Shown piece after piece: positions 1-8,913 of a stretch of 64,000 nucleotides of DNA; position 1 is the stretch's first letter; the number at the start of each line of letters is the position of its first letter. This DNA is from an uncultured delta proteobacterium. Lineage in GTDB: Bacteria > Myxococcota > Kuafuiibacteriia > Kuafuiibacteriales > Kuafuiibacteriaceae. The translations under genes were made by a program, and so were the position numbers. The stretch is from NCBI GenBank assembly GCA_963803435.1, contig CAWDML010000005.1, forward strand, positions 160,001-224,000, in the 5' to 3' direction. Under the pieces are notes generated by a model. That model was not told the origin of the DNA and ran no database searches. It saw only the letters and a program-made list of their open reading frames with translations.

Positions 1-931
<931 letters not shown>

Positions 932-946
932 CTCATTCCTCCTTTT

Positions 947-2613
947 TCAGGTACGGGTCATGTCGAAACCGGGACGGATCTGCTTGCCGTAGAGCGTGAG
1001 CGCGCCCGTCTCGCCGACCGCGTTCGGGCGCTGGAAGATCCAGTTCTGCCACGCGGAGAGCCGGCCGAAGATCTTGGTCTCCATCGTCTCGGGGCCGGCG
1101 AAGCGGAGGTTCGCCTCCATGCCGGTCATGCGCGTCGGGTGAGAAGTTGGCGCGCTCCTCGATCGCGATCCGGACCTCGTCCTCCCAGTCGATCTCGTCG
1201 GGCGCGAAGGTCACCAGGCCCAGCTCGATCCGCGGTCTCGGTGTCGATCCGTCCGCTCTCCGCCAGCACCTCGCCCACGCGTCGGGCTCGCCGAGGAACC
1301 GGGTCTCGAGGCGGGTGAGCCCGTTCGACATGGTCAGCGGTCCGCCGTTCAGCCGCCGAGAGGCGAGGTGCACCGGGTGATCCGGATCCGCGCAGCATGT
1401 AGATGCGGTCGGCGGCGAGCGCGAGCTCGAGGAGCGAGCCGGCGAAGCAGGAGCCGGGCTCGACGAACGCGAAGATCGATCGTGCCGTCGAGATCGAGCC
1501 GCCGCAGCACGCGGCGCATGCGGGTGCAGGACCGCGCGGCCGAGCCAGTCGTTCTGCGCGGCCAGGAGCCCGGCGTCGGCGCGAAGCACGGCGTCGAGAT
1601 CGCCCTCGGCTGTGGAGCGCGACCAGGCCGATGTCGGGCAGCTCGAAGCGGAGGCGGAGCAGCACGATCGTCGAGCTCGCGGACGATGCGGAGCGCCCAG
1701 GCGCGCTCGCCCATCCGATGGAAGCCTTCGCTGTTCTCGGGCTGGGGCTCGTTGGGCGCGCGCAGCGTGAGGTGGCCGATGCGCTGGGCGCGATCGATCG
1801 CCAGCGAGACGAACGCGTACTCGATGCCGTCGTCGACGTACTTCGGCGCGACGGGGCCGAGCACGATGCCGGCGCTCTTCTTCTCGGGCTTGGCGGCGAT
1901 GGCGGCCTGGATCCGCTTGTCCAGGATCGCCTCGGCCACTTCGAGCGCGGCGCCACCTCGTCGACCAGGTTCCACTCCACGGCGCGCTTGCCCTTGATGC
2001 CCTCGGCGATCGTCGAGAAGACGTCGGCGCGGTCGCGGCGGACCTTGCGCTTGTCGACGAGCCGCGTGAGGCCGCCGGTGCCGGGGAGGACGCCGAGCAG
2101 CGGGGCCTCGGGGAAGCTGACGGCCGAGTTGCCGTCGTCGACCAGCACGATCTGGTCGCAGGCGAGGGCCAGCTCGTAGCCGCCGCCGGCCGCGGTGCCG
2201 TTGACCGCAGCGAGGGTGGCGACGCCGTCGAGCGCGGCCAGATCCTCGAGATCGAGGCGCGTCTCGTTCGTGTACTTGCAGAAGTTGACCTTGAAGGCGT
2301 GGGTCGAGCTCCCGAGCATGTAGATGTTGGCGCCGGAGCAGAAGATGCGGTCGATGGCCGAGCTGAGCAGCAGGCAGCGCACCTCGGGGTGCTCGAAGCG
2401 CACGCGCTGGATCGCGTCGGCGAGCTCGATGTCGACGCCGAGGTCGTAGGAGTTCAGCTTGAGGACGTAGTCACCGTCGCGGGCGGCCTGATCCTGCTGC
2501 ACGTTCATCGCGAGCCGGGCGACCGGGCCCTCGAACGTGAGCTTCCAGTGGACGTAATGATCGGGGTGGGTGTCGAGCGGGAGCTTCTCGGGGACGTAGG
2601 ACGCGTGCGCCAT
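947..2613 (-). CDS. boxC: 2,3-epoxybenzoyl-CoA dihydrolase BoxC (crotonase fold; several frameshifts)
   Basis: YVHWKL, LKLNSYDLGVDIELADA, FCSGANIYMLGSSTHAFKVNFCKYTNETR, GGGYELALACD, and C-terminal MEANLRFAGPETMETKIFGRLSAWQNWIFQRPNA. Confidence 0.92.
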
Positions 2614-2649
2614 GCCGCGGAGGGTACGGGCTCGCGGTTCGACCTGCAA

Positions 2650-2692
2650 GCAATATATCGCTTGTTGGGTCTCCATTGACGCAGTATATTGC
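2650..2692. promoter_or_regulatory. Two palindromic boxes, candidate BoxR operator
   Basis: GCAATATATCGC (2650-2661) and GCAGTATATTGC (2681-2692), each one mismatch from the palindrome GCAATATATTGC, 31 bp apart, between divergent boxC and boxR. Confidence 0.6.
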
Positions 2693-2696
2693 ATCC

Positions 2697-3425
2697 ATGC
2701 TCGACCTGACTCCGCTCGGGGAGGCGGTGCGCGCGGCCCGCCTGGCCCGGGCGCGTACGCTGCGGGATCTCGCGGACGCGTCGGGCCTATCGATCCGCTT
2801 CCTCTCGGACCTCGAGCGTGGCAAGGGCAACATCTCGATCGCGCGGCTGGCAGAGGTGGCCCGGGCGCTCGAGGTCTCCCTCGGCGAGCTGGTGGCGCCG
2901 CTCGACGCCGAGCGGACGCGGCGCCCGTCCATCGCGCTGGTCGGGCTGCGCGGCGCCGGCAAGAGCACGGTGGGACGCGCGGTGGCGGAGTCGCTCGGGG
3001 TCCGGTTCGTCGAGCTCGACACTGAGATCGAGGCGTCCGCCGGGCTGCCGCTCGATCAGATCTTCGAGATCCACGGCGAGGCGTACTACCGGCGCCTCGA
3101 GCGCGAGGTGCTGCTGCGGGTGCTCGAGTCGGGCAAGCGGGCGGTGATCGCGACGGGTGGCGGTATCGTCACGGATCCCGAGAGCTGGCGGCGTCTGAAG
3201 CAGAAGACGCGGACGGTCTGGCTGCGCGCGGCGCCGGAGGCCCACTACCAGCGCGTGATGGCGCAGGGCGATCTGCGGCCGATGAAGAATCGGCCCTCGG
3301 CGATGGCCGAGCTGCGGGCGCTCCTGACCGCCCGGACGCCGCTCTACGCCGAAGCGGAGATCACCGTCGACACGACGCGTCTCGGGGTCGCGCGCACCAT
3401 CGCCGCGGTCCTCGAGGGGGCGTGA
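2697..3425 (+). CDS. boxR: BoxR/BzdR-family regulator (XRE HTH + shikimate-kinase-like domain)
   Basis: HTH TLRDLADASGLSIRFLSDLERGKGNISI; P-loop GLRGAGKST; RVMAQGDLRPM; divergent from boxC. Confidence 0.88.
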   Translation: MLDLTPLGEAVRAARLARARTLRDLADASGLSIRFLSDLERGKGNISIARLAEVARALEVSLGELVAPLDAERTRRPSIALVGLRGAGKSTVGRAVAESLGVRFVELDTEIEASAGLPLDQIFEIHGEAYYRRLEREVLLRVLESGKRAVIATGGGIVTDPESWRRLKQKTRTVWLRAAPEAHYQRVMAQGDLRPMKNRPSAMAELRALLTARTPLYAEAEITVDTTRLGVARTIAAVLEGA

Positions 3426-3460
3426 AGGAAGGCGCAGCCGGTACCTCCGCATACACCAAC

Positions 3461-3531
3461 CCACTGTAACCCACATAAGTCCTCGTTTTTCTTTCGCTTT
3501 TCACGCAACGACGTCCTCGGCCCGCCGAAAA
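3461..3531 (+). promoter_or_regulatory. Candidate sigma28-type promoter with upstream CCACTGTA box
   Basis: CCACTGTA 3461-3468; TTTTCACGCAACG-N9-GCCCGCCGAAAA 3498-3531; near-identical motif at 38095-38155 on the - strand. Confidence 0.7.
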
Positions 3532-3599
3532 GCTCAGAACCACAACCATGCATGGGGCGGCCAGAGACAGGATGTCTCAGTCACCTCGAAGGAGATTCG

Positions 3600-4088
3600 A
3601 TGGCATTTACGGACGGTGTTGGTGGCAAGAGCCAGGTCGGCGATCTCAGGTTACAGAACCTGGGCCTCCAGCCCGGCGATCCGAGCAGTGCGGGTGGCCT
3701 GAGCACGAAGGAGCTGCTCGAGAAGCTGGTGAAGATGATGCAAGGCCAGCAGGACCCGCAGGCGGCCCAGGGAGGTCAGCAGGGCGGACCCCAGGCGGCC
3801 GGCGGGGCGAAGGGCGCCCAGAACGGCGGAGGCGACAACCAGTTCAGCCTGGAGGAGCTGCTCAAGGAGCTCCAGAAGCGCGCGCAGCTGAATCAGGACG
3901 AGATGGCCAACCAGCTGCGGCAGGTGAGCCGGACCGCGCAGACCCAGGGCAGCAACACGCAGCAGCCGACGCAGGCCGGGATCACGCAGCAGCTCCTGGC
4001 AGCGGCGCCGGCGACGCTCGACGTGGGCAACATGGGGCTCACGATCCCGAGTGGCGGCGGCGGGATGTCCGGCGGCAGCTTCGCCTGA
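3600..4088 (+). CDS. Gly/Gln-rich, Cys-free harpin-like hypothetical protein (162 aa)
   Basis: GAAGGAGA RBS before ATG 3600; two similar amphipathic helices LSTKELLEKLVKMMQ and FSLEELLKELQKRAQ in G/Q linkers; no signal peptide. Confidence 0.7.
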   Translation: MAFTDGVGGKSQVGDLRLQNLGLQPGDPSSAGGLSTKELLEKLVKMMQGQQDPQAAQGGQQGGPQAAGGAKGAQNGGGDNQFSLEELLKELQKRAQLNQDEMANQLRQVSRTAQTQGSNTQQPTQAGITQQLLAAAPATLDVGNMGLTIPSGGGGMSGGSFA

Positions 4089-4124
4089 GCCTGCGGCTCT
4101 CGTCGCCTCGCACCTCGCGCTCAT

Positions 4125-5213
4125 TCAGCTCCAGATCCCGCCGACGCGCCAGCGCTCGAGCTCCTCGTTTCGCTGATCGCGCTCGAGGCACCGCAGCATC
4201 AACGTCACCGCGCGACCTGAGGGCTTGGGGACCTGCGTCTTCGCGTCGATGATGCCGAGATCGGTGATCGCGAGCTTGGGGCGGAGCGTCTCGAGCGGGC
4301 GCTTCCAGATCTCTTGGGCGCGACGATCGAGCTCGCGCCTCAGCGTGAGACCGGAGACAGCGTCGATGTTCTCGTAGCGCTCCTCGTGTGTTCCGAGAAA
4401 GGCGAGCTCGAGCCGATCGGCCGGCGGATCGCTCTGTGCGAGCTGTTGGATCATCACCTCGGCGGTGATGGGCCCGGCGGCGGTGAAGATGCGATCCATC
4501 ATCTGGTTGCGGAGCGAGCGGAGCTGGTTGTCGTTGTGGAGGAGGGATTGGCGCGCGATCTTGTCGGCGAAGCGGAGCCAGTCCTCCTCATGGAAGGCGG
4601 GCTTCGAGGCGGCGACCGCAGTGTCGACCGAGGGCAGCGGGAGCGTGAGCGCGCGCCAGACGCCCTGCATCGGCGCCAGCGCGACCATGACGCGACCGAC
4701 TGGATTCCGCGGCGTGTCGATCCGCATGGCGCAGACCATCGTGCCGGACAGTCGGAGGGCGGCGTCGAGGGCGGCGCCCACGGGACGGGGCAGCTGCGCC
4801 CGGAGCTCGGCCCAGGCGTACGTCCGGATCTGGGCGGGGATCGCCCACACCGAGTCGGCTTTGCGTCCCGAGAGCGTCTCCATCAGCGGGTACGACAGGT
4901 GACAGCCGAGCGTGCCGTCGCCCCAGAGCATCCACACCTCTTCGGCCAGCCGCGGCCGGACCGCGTCGAGGCCGTGGGACAGGAGGCCCTGCACGACGGC
5001 CCGCGCGGTGGACTCGACGACCCGACGGTGTCGCCCGGACATGCGCAGCTCCGGCCACGGCGCCCGCTCCTCGAGCTCGATGAAGGGCGCAGATGGCGCG
5101 TCGACGCCGTAGGCCTTGCGGAGGACGGCGGTGACCCAGCCGGCCCGCGTTCGGCCCGCCTCGGTCACGCCCTCGCCCAGGAGCTGCCCCGAGACCTCCT
5201 CCGGTCGTGCCAC
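4125..5213 (-). CDS. Hypothetical protein (start uncertain)
   Basis: Globular-looking sequence ending WRVGGIWS; GTG at 5213 avoids overlap with the divergent gene. Confidence 0.65.
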   Translation of the reverse strand: MARPEEVSGQLLGEGVTEAGRTRAGWVTAVLRKAYGVDAPSAPFIELEERAPWPELRMSGRHRRVVESTARAVVQGLLSHGLDAVRPRLAEEVWMLWGDGTLGCHLSYPLMETLSGRKADSVWAIPAQIRTYAWAELRAQLPRPVGAALDAALRLSGTMVCAMRIDTPRNPVGRVMVALAPMQGVWRALTLPLPSVDTAVAASKPAFHEEDWLRFADKIARQSLLHNDNQLRSLRNQMMDRIFTAAGPITAEVMIQQLAQSDPPADRLELAFLGTHEERYENIDAVSGLTLRRELDRRAQEIWKRPLETLRPKLAITDLGIIDAKTQVPKPSGRAVTLMLRCLERDQRNEELERWRVGGIWS

Positions 5214-5224
5214 GCGAACGGAGG

Positions 5225-5252
5225 TTGACAGTGGAAGCTCGCCCGGTAAAGT
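5225..5252 (+). promoter_or_regulatory. Sigma70-type promoter
   Basis: TTGACA (5225-5230), 16 bp spacer, TAAAGT (5247-5252), 10 nt before ATG 5263. Confidence 0.55.
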
Positions 5253-5262
5253 CGCGCACCCA

Positions 5263-5622
5263 ATGTCGATGTTGTCCGATTTTCTCAACGAGAACGGCGT
5301 CAAGCCGGAAGACCTGGCGGCCCGTTCGAAGGCGCTCGAGACCCTCGACTCGGGCGACCGAGTGCTGCGCAACAAGCGAACGGCCGCGCGTCGTCTCAAG
5401 AAGACGTACGAGGAGAGCGACGCGAAGAAGCCGGGCTCGCTCGGGCGCGGCGTGACGCTGCGAGTGATCAACTTCGCGCTCGAGGGTCAGCCGATCACGC
5501 GGCTGAACCGCAAGAAGATCGCGCGCGCGGTCAACTCGCTGCTCAAGTCCTCCAAAAAGGAGGAGATCGACTGGCGGAAGCTGTTCACGGACACGCCGTC
5601 GCGCAAGGGCAAGAAGAAGTAA
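5263..5622 (+). CDS. Small basic (K/R-rich) hypothetical protein
   Basis: MSMLSDFLNENGVKPEDL...RKKIARAVN...RKGKKK; typical codon usage; followed immediately by the next gene. Confidence 0.75.
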   Translation: MSMLSDFLNENGVKPEDLAARSKALETLDSGDRVLRNKRTAARRLKKTYEESDAKKPGSLGRGVTLRVINFALEGQPITRLNRKKIARAVNSLLKSSKKEEIDWRKLFTDTPSRKGKKK

Positions 5623-6147
5623 GTGTCCGACGAGAAGCCGAAGAAGAGCTGGAAAGAGATCGACGCTCAGCGCGATCGCTCGGGTGGAGGCGGCAAGCGC
5701 CGGGATCCCGATGAGACTGCCCGGGAGCGGGCCAGCCGATCGGCGGCGTACTCGAAGTACAAGTCGCAGCTCGACAAGCTCTTCAAGCCGGGCGGCGCCG
5801 AGCTGCCCGAGGCGATGCGCGACAAGCTCGGCCCCACCTCCGAAGACGACAAGAAGGCCCGCGTGGCCGCGGACGCGCTCCGCAAGGATCCCGGCGAGGA
5901 TACGCTTCGGGCGTACCTGGCGACCGGACAGCCGTTGCCGGACGACCCACGCCTGCTCACCGGCCTGCTCGACGTCCGCGACGACGCCCTGGTGCGTTCG
6001 GTCTTGAGCGCGCTCCTGGAGATGGTCGAAGGCGGCAAGAAGCCCAACCGAATGCTGCTCATCCAGCGTCTCGAGGCGCTCAAGAACCGTACCGAGGACG
6101 ACGAGACGATCGCGCTCGCCGGGACGCTTCGGGCCGCCCTCGACTGA
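5623..6147 (+). CDS. Hypothetical protein
   Basis: KKSWKEIDAQRDRS N-terminus, helical C-terminus; translationally coupled on both sides. Confidence 0.75.
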   Translation: MSDEKPKKSWKEIDAQRDRSGGGGKRRDPDETARERASRSAAYSKYKSQLDKLFKPGGAELPEAMRDKLGPTSEDDKKARVAADALRKDPGEDTLRAYLATGQPLPDDPRLLTGLLDVRDDALVRSVLSALLEMVEGGKKPNRMLLIQRLEALKNRTEDDETIALAGTLRAALD

Positions 6148-7082
6148 TGGGTGGATCCTCCGAGCCACTGCTCTCGCTCACCGACGAGGTCGAAGATGCG
6201 ATCGCCGAGCGCCGGCCGATCGTCGCGCTCGAGTCGACACTCCTGGCCCACGGACTCCCCGCCGGCGTGCGCGAAGGCGTGGCGACGCAGCTCGAGGCTG
6301 CGGTGCGCGCCGAGGGCGCTGTTCCGGCCACGATCGCGGTCATCGATGGGCGCGCCCACGTGGGCCTCGCGCCCGAGCTGCGCGCCCGCCTGATCGCCGG
6401 AGACGTGGAGAAGGCCTCGCTGCGCGATCTCTCCGTCGCGCTGGTGAAGGGTGGGGTGTGGGCCACGACGGTGGCGTCGACCATGGCGATCGCTGCGCGC
6501 GCCGGGATCCGGATCTTCGCCACCGGCGGGATCGGCGGGGTTCATCGAGGTGCCGATCGCACGTTCGACGAGTCCGCCGATCTCACCGCGCTGACGCGCT
6601 ATCCCGTGGCCGTGGTGTGCGCCGGCGCAAAGGCTGTCCTCGATCTTCCGCGGACGCTCGAGCGCCTCGAGACGCTGGGCGTCCCGGTGATCGGCGTCGG
6701 CACCTCGGAGCTGCCGGCGTTCTACCACGCGCAGAGCGGCCTCGCGGTGCGCTGCCGGATCGACGATCCGAGCGAGGCCGCGGCGATCATGGATGCGCAG
6801 TTCGATCGATGGGGCGCCGGCGGGTTGCTGTTCGTCCAGCCCCCGCCGGTGACGGCAGCGCAGGACCCGGCGGTTGTGGACTGGATGATCACGGCTGCGT
6901 TGGCTGAGGCCGAGGCCGAGGGGGTCAGCGGCCCGGCGGTCACGCCGTTCCTCCTGGCGCGGCTCGACCGATCCTCCGCCGGGGGCGTCGTTCGCACCAA
7001 TGTGGCTCTGGTGGAGGCGAACGCGCGCCTGGCCGCACGGATCGCCGCCGCCGACGTCGCCTTCCGCGCCGAGGAGGCTTGA
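6147..7082 (+). CDS. psuG: Pseudouridine-5'-phosphate glycosidase
   Basis: VALESTLLAHGLP, ATTVASTM, FATGGIGGVHRG, DESADL, VCAGAKAVLDLPRTLE, VTPFLL. Confidence 0.93.
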   Translation: MGGSSEPLLSLTDEVEDAIAERRPIVALESTLLAHGLPAGVREGVATQLEAAVRAEGAVPATIAVIDGRAHVGLAPELRARLIAGDVEKASLRDLSVALVKGGVWATTVASTMAIAARAGIRIFATGGIGGVHRGADRTFDESADLTALTRYPVAVVCAGAKAVLDLPRTLERLETLGVPVIGVGTSELPAFYHAQSGLAVRCRIDDPSEAAAIMDAQFDRWGAGGLLFVQPPPVTAAQDPAVVDWMITAALAEAEAEGVSGPAVTPFLLARLDRSSAGGVVRTNVALVEANARLAARIAAADVAFRAEEA

Positions 7083-7118
7083 ACGCGGCGTGATCGGCTC
7101 CTAGCATGCCGGCGGCAG

Positions 7119-7715
7119 ATGGGGTCGACAGCGGATATCACGGGTTTCTGGACCTGGTTCAGCGCGAACCACGAGCAGATCCTCGAGATCATGGGCGGCC
7201 GGCGGCCCGGCAAGGTGACGGAGATGCTGGATCGCGCGCTGGAAGCGAATCATCTCAACCTCACCTATGTCGTGACCGAGGGCCTGACCGGCGCCGAGCT
7301 CACGTTCACGCCGGAGGGCGATCCGCAGGTCGCCGCCTTCATCGACAAGCTCGTGGAGGCCGCGCCCAAGCTCGAGACCTGGGTTATCCGCGGCCGGATC
7401 CGGCGCAAGTCGATCAAGGCGGCCATCGCGTTCGTCGAGGCGGTCCACGGCATCGATCTCGCGAACCTCCACTTCAAGGTCCGGCACCTCGACGGCAAGT
7501 ATCACCTCCTGTTCCTGAGCGACGTGCTGATGGCGCTCGACGAGGAGAAGCGCTTCGCGGTGGCGGCCACGTTCCTCGATCACGCGCTCGGCGAGGAGAT
7601 CGCGATGGAGTACGTCGGCAGCGCCGAGTTCTCCGCCAACGTCGCGGGCGGGATCGAGATGGGGCTGGTGATCAACCAGATCACGCGAGAGACGGGCGGC
7701 AGCGGCGATCTCTAG
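7119..7715 (+). CDS. Conserved-looking hypothetical protein
   Basis: FWTWF...ELTFTPEGD...LVEAAP...LDHALGE; its stop codon TAG is part of the CTAG at the element boundary. Confidence 0.75.
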   Translation: MGSTADITGFWTWFSANHEQILEIMGGRRPGKVTEMLDRALEANHLNLTYVVTEGLTGAELTFTPEGDPQVAAFIDKLVEAAPKLETWVIRGRIRRKSIKAAIAFVEAVHGIDLANLHFKVRHLDGKYHLLFLSDVLMALDEEKRFAVAATFLDHALGEEIAMEYVGSAEFSANVAGGIEMGLVINQITRETGGSGDL

Positions 7716-7801
7716 GAGCGTGTAGCGCGTAAGCGCTCACGCGACCCCGGTCCGGGTCCCGGTCCCGGTCCGGGTCCCGATCTGAAGATGGCTGCCTTGA
7801 G

Positions 7802-8281
7802 TCAGACGCTCGCGACGGTCGCGAGCTTCGATCGGTAGAGCTTGAGCAGGTTGTGGGTGAGGCAGACGAGCGTCCAATCGGTTCGTACCTTGAAGAAGGA
7901 GCGGAGCGAGAACCGGCGGAATCCTCGTGCCCCTTTGATGTGTCCGAGCGCCGGTTCGACGATACTCTTCCTGCGGGCGTAGACCGCCTTGCCGTCGCGC
8001 GTTTGCAACTTGTCTCGCATTCGCTTGCGAGCGAGCGAGGCAGGTGTGGGCTCCGAAGCTGATGAGGACGGAGTCGACGCGTCGTGGTTCTGTTCGCGTC
8101 CAACAGCGATGTGGGCATCGATCTGATTGTTGTCGCAGAATTCGATGTTGGTCGCGCTCAGATAGCCGTTGTCTGCCGTCATCTTCCGCGGAGCATCGCC
8201 GCAGTTGCCGAACACATCACGGAGCATCGGGACGAGGCGTTGCTGATCAGGTGCCTGGTTGCTGACCCCTTCGGCGACAGC
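7802..8281 (-). pseudogene. IS1182-family transposase C-terminal fragment
   Basis: VSNQAPD, MTADNGYLS, YARRKSIVEPALGHIKGARGFRRFSLR, WTLVCLTHNLLKL; N-terminal part is missing. Confidence 0.85.
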
Positions 8282-8610
8282 TCGCCGTCGAGTATGCCGA
8301 CATCGCTGAAGAGATCGCACAAGAACTGCAACCCGGTCACGCTCACGTCCGCGATCAGCTTCGGCGGGCATCCGATTCCATCGTGAACAACACCGCCGAG
8401 GGCGCCGGAGAGTTCAATCCACCTGAGAAGGCTCGCTTCTACCGGATGGCACTTCGCTCTGGCACCGAAAGCGCCGCCTCACTCCACACCTGCTTGAGGC
8501 GCCGACTCGCCAACGAGCAGAAGGTCCAAGCCGCCAGAGCCAAGCTCAAGCGCGTTGTCGAGATGCTCACGCGCCTCATCAAGTCGATGAACGCACGCCG
8601 GGCTGCATGA
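8278..8610 (+). pseudogene. Four-helix-bundle (23S rRNA IVS-type) protein, 5' truncated
   Basis: In-frame LAVEYADIAEEIAQEL...DQLRRASDSIVNNTAEGAGE...EKARFYRMALRSGTE...VEMLTRLI; no start codon (in-frame TGA at 8263). Confidence 0.8.
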
Positions 8611-8689
8611 TCGCCATCGGGACCGGGACCGGGACCGGGACCCGGACCGGGCTCGCGGTAGCGCTACGCGCTACACGCTCCTAGGGCCG

Positions 8690-8895
8690 CACGCTCCTGG
8701 AGTGCGTCGACCGGCTCTACCTCAACGGCGACGTGCCGCGGCTGATCGGGGTCGCGCAGCTCAGACAACAGCTCTCAGATCGCAGCCAACGGGCTCTGTT
8801 TCATCAATTCTCCTCCTACGTCCCATTCACTCGAACAACGGTTTCTTCGCCTGCGACGAACCCGAAGCGCTTCAGGCGATCTGCGACAGCTTCAG
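8690..8895 (+). pseudogene. Eroded remnant of a second IS-like transposase
   Basis: Fragments LECVDRLYLNGDVPRL and NNGFFACDEPEALQAICDSF in different frames; recalled from an IS-associated protein family. Confidence 0.5.
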
Positions 8896-8913
8896 AGCAC
8901 CGCCCGAAGCCTC

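Larger units (their letters stand above)
7712..8684. mobile_element. Internally deleted IS1182-like element with ~70-bp terminal inverted repeats and a passenger four-helix-bundle gene
   Basis: IRL 7712-7781 and IRR 8616-8684 both start CTAGGAGCGTGTAGCGCGTA and contain (GGTCCC/GGTCCG)n hexamers; two 5'-truncated divergent genes inside. Confidence 0.8.

Noticed and set aside
7741-8650. Hexamer repeats as a CRISPR array
   Set aside because: Short tandem 6-mers without unique spacers; they are part of the terminal inverted repeats; no cas genes
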